In this document: positions 28,901 through 34,770 of the stretch, piece by piece
How the letters are laid out: each line of letters begins with the position of its first letter
How positions within the stretch are numbered: the stretch's first letter is position 1
From: a virus
Length of the DNA stretch: 64,000 bases
Virus record (IMG/VR): IMGVR_UViG_3300032307_000646
Location: 9,369 to 73,368 of that record
Strand: one strand, 5' to 3'
Program-made: the position numbers and the translations under genes
Notes under the pieces: generated by a model
Database searches by the model: none
The model's input: the letters and a program-made list of their open reading frames with translations, nothing else
What the model was told of the DNA's origin: nothing

Positions 28901-29959
28901 ATGGTATATAACGCTATATATAACGCTGGACCAGCAATAGGTGGTACAACTCAGGTTGGTAATATTGCCGTTGCAACTGGTACACCAGATTACGCTGTCG
29001 GTGATTGGGTTGGTGGTGTTGATGACACTGGGTGTTATGTTATCATTAGTGAGACAACAAACACTGGTTTAGCTGGTAGATCAGCTGGTGGTAGTTCGGA
29101 AATAATTCCAGCGGAAACCCCAGTTTTTTGGCGAACAACAAGTAATACTGACCAAGCCTTTCTTGATTTGGTTAATGTTTTACCAGGTTCACCTGGTACT
29201 ATAACCGATGTTGGGGTGGCGACAGACTGGTTAGCGGGTCATAATTTTTGGACATCGTATGGAACAGCTCTGGCGGTCACAGCACAGATATATTTTGATC
29301 CAGCTAATACGTTATCTTACCCTGGTAGCGGTAACACTTTAACCAATATTGGTACATTGGGTAACATTACTGGTACATTGGGGAATATGTCGGGTGTTGT
29401 TTACGATAGTAACGCTGGTGGTGGATCCCTTAACTTTGACGGTGGTTCGGATACGATACAGTTCGGGCAATTCAATTTTGGTAATAGTATATCTGTTAGC
29501 GCTTGGGTTTATCCGAGAAATGAGGCTAGTATAAACTGTTTAGTTTCTAACTGTGGTGCAAACACGGCGACAAATGGTTTTAAAATGGCTTGGAATAACT
29601 GGACAACTGTAAATTTAACCATGAACTTTGAAGCGGGTAATGGTGGCGCTGGCGGTACTCAGTCAACGGCTAATAATACAGTTACTGAGAACGCTTGGCA
29701 AATGTTAACTTATGTTTTTGATAAAACAAACCAAACAATACGTTTCTATAAAAATGGGGTTGCTATTCCTACTAATAACGGTGGATCACCAGTTGCTAAT
29801 ATAGGTACAAACAACTCAAATTGGTGGATTGGTTCCATTGGCGGTAGTTCATACCAGATGGACGCTAATTTGGGTGAATTTAAGGTTTGGATGAGTTTAA
29901 TGTCTGACGGGGATGTGTCAGCTGAATTTGACGCGACTAAAGCTAGATACGGTTTGTAA
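28901..29959 (+). CDS. LamG/ConA-like lectin-domain virion protein
   Basis: Shared N-terminal module; SYPGSG; FDGGSD; F.ATKARYGL. Confidence 0.8.
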   Translation: MVYNAIYNAGPAIGGTTQVGNIAVATGTPDYAVGDWVGGVDDTGCYVIISETTNTGLAGRSAGGSSEIIPAETPVFWRTTSNTDQAFLDLVNVLPGSPGTITDVGVATDWLAGHNFWTSYGTALAVTAQIYFDPANTLSYPGSGNTLTNIGTLGNITGTLGNMSGVVYDSNAGGGSLNFDGGSDTIQFGQFNFGNSISVSAWVYPRNEASINCLVSNCGANTATNGFKMAWNNWTTVNLTMNFEAGNGGAGGTQSTANNTVTENAWQMLTYVFDKTNQTIRFYKNGVAIPTNNGGSPVANIGTNNSNWWIGSIGGSSYQMDANLGEFKVWMSLMSDGDVSAEFDATKARYGL

Positions 29960-29961
29960 TA

Positions 29962-30471
29962 TTACTGAGGTTTTTCAGAATCTTTGATGATTAACTCACC
30001 CAAAACTTCCATCTTACCAAGGAGTTCCTGGAAAGCTATTTGTTCAATATCCATATCATTTTTTGTTGATGAATAAAGTTTTTCAAGAAGATCTTTATAT
30101 TCTTTTTTAGCATCTTCCATATCTAAGTCACCCTTAGCAGCTTTTTCGTAATATTCTAACTTAACCTCGAAGTGATGGTAAGTTAATAATGCCGCGCCAC
30201 CTTTTTCTTTTGCGTTGTCGGCAATTTTTTCGGCACCACCTAATCTTGTCTCAGCAAATGATTCGAGTTTATCACCCTCTTCTAAAGGATTACCTGGGCC
30301 CCTAGTTATATTGGATTGCCATGTTGTGTTACCAACTGGATTACCTGGACCTCTTTTAACACCAGAATCCCATAGAGATCCAGTTGAAGTTGACGTTGAT
30401 GAGGTTGAGGTTGAATCCTCATTCAATCCCATCATCGTTCTTATTTTTAATATTTCCTCAAGGTATGTCAT
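29962..30471 (-). CDS. protein with LEEILKIRTMMGLNE peptide and a duplicated W.S...RGPGNP motif
   Basis: Motifs visible in the translation. Confidence 0.75.
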   Translation of the reverse strand: MTYLEEILKIRTMMGLNEDSTSTSSTSTSTGSLWDSGVKRGPGNPVGNTTWQSNITRGPGNPLEEGDKLESFAETRLGGAEKIADNAKEKGGAALLTYHHFEVKLEYYEKAAKGDLDMEDAKKEYKDLLEKLYSSTKNDMDIEQIAFQELLGKMEVLGELIIKDSEKPQ

Positions 30472-30733
30472 GATTGTTGCGTTTATCCTCTTCGTGTTTA
30501 TAGTTATAATGGTTACATTCTATGTCAATGAATTCATCGTCTTCGGTTGAAGCTTTGTAACTCGTATACATTATAAATAACACAAATTCAAAAAATAAGG
30601 TGTAGATTACTGGGTGCCAATCCAAAGGATTAACTTTACCTATTATTAATAGTAGAATACCGTATATGAAACCACACTGGAATAACACTAAAACCAAAAA
30701 AGGTATAACAGTTAATCTAATAAAATCCTTCAT
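30458..30733 (-). CDS. 2-TM membrane protein
   Basis: Hydrophobic segments. Confidence 0.65.
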   Translation of the reverse strand: MKDFIRLTVIPFLVLVLFQCGFIYGILLLIIGKVNPLDWHPVIYTLFFEFVLFIMYTSYKASTEDDEFIDIECNHYNYKHEEDKRNNHDIP

Positions 30734-31632
30734 TACATTATATAGTTAGTTAATTCATATTTACCAGAAGGCATTCTGTATAATGAAATTTGTAACATTT
30801 TTTTAAGCGGTTTACCATCTTTTAATAACTCAACATGGTACTGAACAGTTTTTTCATAAGCAACATGTTCTGGGGTGATACTTTCCCAGTTAACCGTAAA
30901 ACCTTTATGGTTAGCGTATTCTTCGGCAGATTCTAAAGCACCAGCTTGTGTATCAAAATAATTTTCTTGTTGGAATCCTCTACCTTCGAAAACTTTACCA
31001 TCTTTACCAGCTCTCATAGCCATCCAAGAACCTTCCTCTTCTTCAAGCTCTTTTTGAAGTTCGTCCAGACTTTCTAATTTAAGATCACCCAAAGCGTCCA
31101 TTGTGTCGTCATAACCAGGCATTTTATAATCTGGTTCTTCTTCTGGTTCTCCGAACATATCATCAATTAGTGATTGGGCCATTGATTTTAAATCAATTTT
31201 ATTATTACCACGACCCATATTCCAAACACTCCCTAAAGCGTTCTCAAGGTAATCAACCCTATTATCGGAGCCAACCTTCGCATCTTCCATAGCAAGATCC
31301 CAAGATTCCTCAACGTCTTCATTTTTCTCAAAAGTTTCTGGGTCTCTATCTTGTTTATTAGCGGTTGCGTAATAAACCTCTTCACCCTTTTTATCACCGT
31401 ATTGGTCTTTGAATTTATTAAGAACTTCAGTGTTCTCATCAGTTTCCTCTTCTCTCATTGAACCAACAATATCCGATGGAGATAACTCTTCTATCGCGTC
31501 TTTACCGTAATTGATTTCATAATCATCATCCTCTGGGGACATGTTTGTAATTTTACCGCTTGGGCTAACATGATTTACACCCATCATTTCTTGTATTCTA
31601 GAAAGTTCTTCGTTTAAACTGGATTTTTTCAT
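30733..31632 (-). CDS. acidic protein with LNEELSRIQEMMG peptide
   Basis: Shared motif; QYG..KGEEVYYATANK. Confidence 0.8.
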   Translation of the reverse strand: MKKSSLNEELSRIQEMMGVNHVSPSGKITNMSPEDDDYEINYGKDAIEELSPSDIVGSMREEETDENTEVLNKFKDQYGDKKGEEVYYATANKQDRDPETFEKNEDVEESWDLAMEDAKVGSDNRVDYLENALGSVWNMGRGNNKIDLKSMAQSLIDDMFGEPEEEPDYKMPGYDDTMDALGDLKLESLDELQKELEEEEGSWMAMRAGKDGKVFEGRGFQQENYFDTQAGALESAEEYANHKGFTVNWESITPEHVAYEKTVQYHVELLKDGKPLKKMLQISLYRMPSGKYELTNYIM

Positions 31633-31699
31633 AAAAACATTTATTTATAAATACTTTTATAAAAAGAAAAAAGACTATATTGGTAATTAAAATGTGAAG

Positions 31700-31773
31700 T
31701 CGTCCTAGCTGGACTCGAACCAGCGGCCTTCTGCGTATCAGGCAGACGCTCTAACCAACTGAGCTACAGGACG
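31700..31773 (-). tRNA. tRNA-Ile(GAT)
   Basis: Cloverleaf; anticodon loop CT-GAT-AC; GGTTCGAGTCC. Confidence 0.92.
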
Positions 31774-31833
31774 ATAAATTAGATTTTGCACAATAAACAT
31801 TGTTCGTTTATCGTAGCAAAAACGGGTTTATTG

Positions 31834-31907
31834 TACCTTCAGAGAGACTCGAACTCCCAACCTTTTCGTTCGTAGCGAAACGCTCTAATCCATTGAGCTA
31901 TGAAGGT
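31834..31907 (-). tRNA. tRNA-Arg(ACG)
   Basis: TTTCG-CTACGAA-CGAAA. Confidence 0.92.
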
Positions 31908-31912
31908 AAATA

Positions 31913-32026
31913 ATAGGCCATTGTTACAATATCTCTCACCCACTTTCTTGGCAGGGTATCCATCATGGGTTCCGTTAACTGATATCTATTTTATAACCCC
32001 TGACGGAACAAACGGGGTAACCTATT
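31913..32026 (-). ncRNA. candidate structured RNA with a possible pseudoknot
   Basis: AATAGG/CCTATT closing stem; ACCCC/GGGGT hairpin whose loop GTTCCGT complements downstream ACGGAAC. Confidence 0.4.
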
Positions 32027-32104
32027 TGGGGTGACTGATGGGACTCGAACCCACGACCTCTTGAATCACAATCAAGCACTCTAACCAACTGAGCTACAGA
32101 AACC
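32027..32104 (-). tRNA. tRNA-His(GTG)
   Basis: CTTGA-TTGTGAT-TCAAG; G-1, C73 and encoded CCA; two acceptor-stem mismatches. Confidence 0.88.
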
Positions 32105-32109
32105 ATATA

Positions 32110-32184
32110 TGGTAGCGAGAGGGAATTTCGAAATCCCGACCTTTCGGATATGAGCCGAATGCTCTTCCTCTGAGCTATCTCGCC
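32110..32184 (-). tRNA. tRNA-Met(CAT) (elongator-like; Ile2 not excluded)
   Basis: TTCGG-CTCATAT-CCGAA; encoded CCA. Confidence 0.88.
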
Positions 32185-32213
32185 ATTTTCTCGCCAATAT
32201 GGCGAGATATTTG

Positions 32214-32284
32214 TTGTCCCTTCAGGACTCGAACCTGAATTCTCTGGCTCAAAACCAGATGTGCTGCCATTACACCAAGGGACA
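32214..32284 (-). tRNA. tRNA-Gln(TTG)
   Basis: TCTGG-TTTTGAG-CCAGA. Confidence 0.92.
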
Positions 32285-32287
32285 ATA

Positions 32288-32363
32288 TGGTGGAGCTAAT
32301 GGGACTCGAACCCACATCCTCTTCCTTGCAAGGGAAGCGCTCAGCCAATTGAGCTATAACCCC
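32288..32363 (-). tRNA. tRNA-Ala(TGC)
   Basis: CTTCC-CTTGCAA-GGAAG; G3:U70; encoded CCA. Confidence 0.93.
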
Positions 32364-32364
32364 A

Positions 32365-32826
32365 TTAATTTTGTCGAAAAGTTATCTGCCTTAAACAATG
32401 GTCTAGCAGATACTGTTCAACATTTGGTATTTTCCTCAAGAAGTCATACTCATATGAATAACAAAGTATTTCTTCTCTTGGTGATTCTTGGACACCTCTA
32501 TATCTAAGATAAAGGTGTAAAGATTCATGTACAATAACAGCCGCGAGATTGTTTAGGGATTTTGCCCTAGCGTCTGTTGACGATATTACTATACTACCCT
32601 TTGCGTCTTTAGAACCCTCATTTGTTGAGTAGTTACCAGACCAAAATGTTATTTTATTACAAACACGTAAAACGAGTTTATAAGCGGTGGTATCTGTTTG
32701 TCTGATAATTGTTAAAGCACTATCAGCTCTCAGATCCCAACCATCCCCAGCTTTATCGATTACAATTTGTGATTTACAAATCGTTGTGGATAAAACCATT
32801 ACGATCATTAATATTAGTTTCCTCAT
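32365..32826 (-). CDS. secreted HExxH metalloprotease-like protein inside the tRNA array (start revised to MRKLILM)
   Basis: Signal peptide; VIVHESLH...EE; TATTTAT upstream. Confidence 0.7.
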   Translation of the reverse strand: MRKLILMIVMVLSTTICKSQIVIDKAGDGWDLRADSALTIIRQTDTTAYKLVLRVCNKITFWSGNYSTNEGSKDAKGSIVISSTDARAKSLNNLAAVIVHESLHLYLRYRGVQESPREEILCYSYEYDFLRKIPNVEQYLLDHCLRQITFRQN

Positions 32827-32838
32827 ATTAATAAATAG

Positions 32839-32920
32839 TGCCAGCAGGTGGACTCGAACCACCGAACCCGTAAGGGAGCAGATTTACAGTCTGCCGCAAT
32901 TGCCGCTATGCGATACTGGC
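32839..32920 (-). tRNA. tRNA-Tyr(GTA)
   Basis: GCAGA-CTGTAAA-TCTGC; long variable arm. Confidence 0.93.
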
Positions 32921-32924
32921 AAGT

Positions 32925-33059
32925 GAGGTAAGAGGAAGATGGTTCAGTGGACATCCTCTTTTACGATCGGCATTACTTGGGTGAATACCTGCAAACTCCG
33001 ATCACACCAGTCAGTATTCACTCTCGAACTATTGATGTGATCATTCCCCGATCAACCTT
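32925..33059 (-). ncRNA. candidate multi-stem structured RNA
   Basis: GATCGG/CCGATC, GTGAATAC/GTATTCAC and AAGAGGA/TCCTCTT pairings. Confidence 0.45.
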
Positions 33060-33061
33060 TG

Positions 33062-33134
33062 TACACCCTATAGGACTCGAACCTATGACATCTGCCATGT
33101 AAGGGCAGCGCTCTACCAACTGAGCTAAAGGTGC
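33062..33134 (-). tRNA. tRNA-Val(TAC)
   Basis: CTGCC-CTTACAT-GGCAG. Confidence 0.92.
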
Positions 33135-33236
33135 ATGTGTCCCTTCGTAGGTACTTGCCGTTTCTTAAGTCGACACTTTCCCCGTTGCGTGTTTTATTTA
33201 AGTGTACTTCCCTACTGGGACTTGAAGCCAACACAT
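33135..33236 (-). ncRNA. candidate long bulged-hairpin RNA
   Basis: Nested ATGTGT/ACACAT, CTTC/GAAG, GTAGG/CCTAC, CTTAA/TTAAG and ACAC/GTGT. Confidence 0.45.
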
Positions 33237-33238
33237 TG

Positions 33239-33319
33239 TACCCAAAGAGAGACTCGAACTCTCACGCCTTTCAGCCACGGTTTCTAAGACCGTTATGTCT
33301 ACCATTCCATCACTCGGGC
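33239..33319 (-). tRNA. tRNA-Leu(TAG)
   Basis: ACGGT-CTTAGAA-ACCGT; long variable arm. Confidence 0.92.
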
Positions 33320-33326
33320 ATTTTAG

Positions 33327-33397
33327 CACGGATACAAGGATTCGAACCCTGAACTGTGGTTTTGGAGACCATTATGATACCATTTCACCATACCCGT
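33327..33397 (-). tRNA. tRNA-Trp(CCA)
   Basis: TGGT-CTCCAAA-ACCA. Confidence 0.9.
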
Positions 33398-33406
33398 GTA
33401 TATTTG

Positions 33407-33476
33407 AGTATAAGGTTGGAATCGAACCAACACCGTTGGTTTTGCAGACCAACTGACCACCACGATCAACTTATAC
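33407..33476 (-). tRNA. tRNA-Cys(GCA)
   Basis: TTGGT-CTGCAAA-ACCAA; U73; short D-loop. Confidence 0.87.
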
Positions 33477-33481
33477 GTTTG

Positions 33482-33555
33482 TGTCCCCGACAGGACTCGA
33501 ACCTGTGACTCCCTCATTAAAAGTGAGGTGCTCTAACCAACTGAGCTACGAAGAC
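33482..33555 (-). tRNA. tRNA-Lys(TTT)
   Basis: CCTCA-CTTTTAA-TGAGG. Confidence 0.93.
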
Positions 33556-33561
33556 ATTGTG

Positions 33562-33637
33562 TCAGGATAGCTGGATTCGAACCAGCGATCCCCCGCGTCC
33601 AAGGCGGGTAGGGACGACCTGACTCCCCCATATCCTG
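33562..33637 (-). tRNA. tRNA-Pro(TGG)
   Basis: CCCGC-CTTGGAC-GCGGG; C1:G72, A73. Confidence 0.9.
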
Positions 33638-33644
33638 AATTAAG

Positions 33645-33719
33645 TAGCGTAGACAGGACTCGAACCTGCACTATGTCCTCATCCCAAATGAGGCGGCCTA
33701 CCAATTGGCCAACTACGCT
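33645..33719 (-). tRNA. tRNA-Pro(TGG), second divergent copy
   Basis: CCTCA-TTTGGGA-TGAGG; A1:U72. Confidence 0.85.
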
Positions 33720-33732
33720 ATTTTAAAATTAC

Positions 33733-33749
33733 CAATACGTCAAAGAACT
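33733..33749 (-). promoter_or_regulatory. boxA-like antitermination element
   Basis: AGTTCTTTGACGTATTG between the attenuator and the first tRNA; resembles rRNA-operon boxA. Confidence 0.55.
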
Positions 33750-33751
33750 GC

Positions 33752-33782
33752 AAAAAAAAACCCTGAACTTGTTGGTTCAGGG
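33752..33782 (-). terminator. attenuator terminator upstream of the tRNA array
   Basis: CCCTGAAC-CAACAA-GTTCAGGG followed by T9. Confidence 0.9.
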
Positions 33783-33819
33783 CTTCGTTTTTCTTAGTTT
33801 TAGTTTTATTTCTACAACA

Positions 33820-33918
33820 TCATGAAAATACTTGGTCTGAACCCGATACGGTACGAGGATACCACTGGCACACTGCCATCGGTTTAATCACTGCGATATG
33901 TAGGTTCATATTTTTCAT
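33820..33918 (-). CDS. tRNA-array leader peptide MKNMNLHIAVIKPMAVCQWYPRTVSGSDQVFS (not in ORF track)
   Basis: Hand-translated; lies between promoter and terminator; codons mirror the tRNA set. Confidence 0.8.
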   Translation of the reverse strand: MKNMNLHIAVIKPMAVCQWYPRTVSGSDQVFS

Positions 33919-33945
33919 TTTAATGTTATTGTTAAATAATTAGTA

Positions 33946-33976
33946 CAAAATTAAGCAAAGTTTTCTAAAAAACAAA
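33946..33976 (-). promoter_or_regulatory. sigma-A-type promoter of the leader/tRNA operon
   Basis: TTTG-N19-TAATTTTG. Confidence 0.75.
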
Positions 33977-34003
33977 CTTTTTACGATTTTTTTTTAAAAA
34001 AAA

Positions 34004-34387
34004 TTATCTTTTACCAGTTTTTGTTGGGTTAACACCTTGATTTCTATCAATATAGATCCAGTCACAAGATGTTAAATCAAATTGATTTAAGTGATCTAAG
34101 ACAACATCTATATCATATTCTTTGCAAGAATATATATCAAACTGCACTAAAGATGGGGTCTCGTTATCCCAAACGTGTATCGATGCGTGTGATGTTGCTA
34201 ATGTTATCGTACCCGTAACACCTTCGTTACCTGGCTCGTTTACATATACGGATGTTGGGCCAGCCACAACTACCATACCAACTTTATCAACTAACTCTTT
34301 TAACCAAGTGTTAAGCGATTCTTCTGTTCTTGGTGGGTTATTTACAAACCCCCTAACAATTAAATGTACGTGATTAGGTTTAAACAT
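34004..34387 (-). CDS. speD: S-adenosylmethionine decarboxylase-like pyruvoyl proenzyme
   Basis: GVTG...LATSHASIHVW...QFDIYSCK. Confidence 0.8.
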   Translation of the reverse strand: MFKPNHVHLIVRGFVNNPPRTEESLNTWLKELVDKVGMVVVAGPTSVYVNEPGNEGVTGTITLATSHASIHVWDNETPSLVQFDIYSCKEYDIDVVLDHLNQFDLTSCDWIYIDRNQGVNPTKTGKR

Positions 34388-34391
34388 GGTT

Positions 34392-34643
34392 TTAAAATTC
34401 TTCTTCTAAATCATCATTATCATCATCATCGAAGGTTCTACCATCGTAGTAACCGTCATCTGTGTCAGATATTATTGTTTCTATTTCATATAACACATCA
34501 CTTATTCGTTCAATAACGTTATCGGTTACATCATCCCTAAAATTCTCAGGATCAATCATCTCTAACTTATTTTCGGCATCTTCCTTGAGATCAATTATTT
34601 GTCTCTGTAAGTCTTTAAGATAATTTAAGGCTAATTTGCTCAT
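34392..34643 (-). CDS. small acidic protein (start probably MSKLAL)
   Basis: ORF with TATTTAT upstream. Confidence 0.7.
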   Translation of the reverse strand: MSKLALNYLKDLQRQIIDLKEDAENKLEMIDPENFRDDVTDNVIERISDVLYEIETIISDTDDGYYDGRTFDDDDNDDLEEEF

Positions 34644-34770
34644 GTTGTTTTTTTTCACATAAATAGGTTCGTTTATAGTAAAAAACAGATTTTGTTTAAT
34701 AAAATTTTTTTGAAAGTAAAGGGTCTTTTTTGTGATTTTTATCTATTTATAAATATCAAAACAAAACAAC

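Noticed and set aside
31784-31822. TTTGCACAATAAAC resembling the early -33 element, antisense to the tRNAs
   Set aside because: The -7 position reads TATCGTAG, a poor match, and the segment is explained as a simple spacer hairpin.
32199-33517. ORFs 32199-32507, 32687-32926, 33052-33234, 33131-33352 and 33323-33517
   Set aside because: They overlap clear tRNA genes and are spurious.
33645-33719. Possible tRNA-Pro(GGG)
   Set aside because: The 7-nt loop TTTGGGA places TGG at positions 34-36.
34004-34387. SpeD-like protein with TSH instead of ESH at the self-cleavage site as a possible pseudogene
   Set aside because: The pyruvoyl-forming Ser, the following His residues and the SC motif are intact and the ORF is full length; substrate specificity remains unverified.
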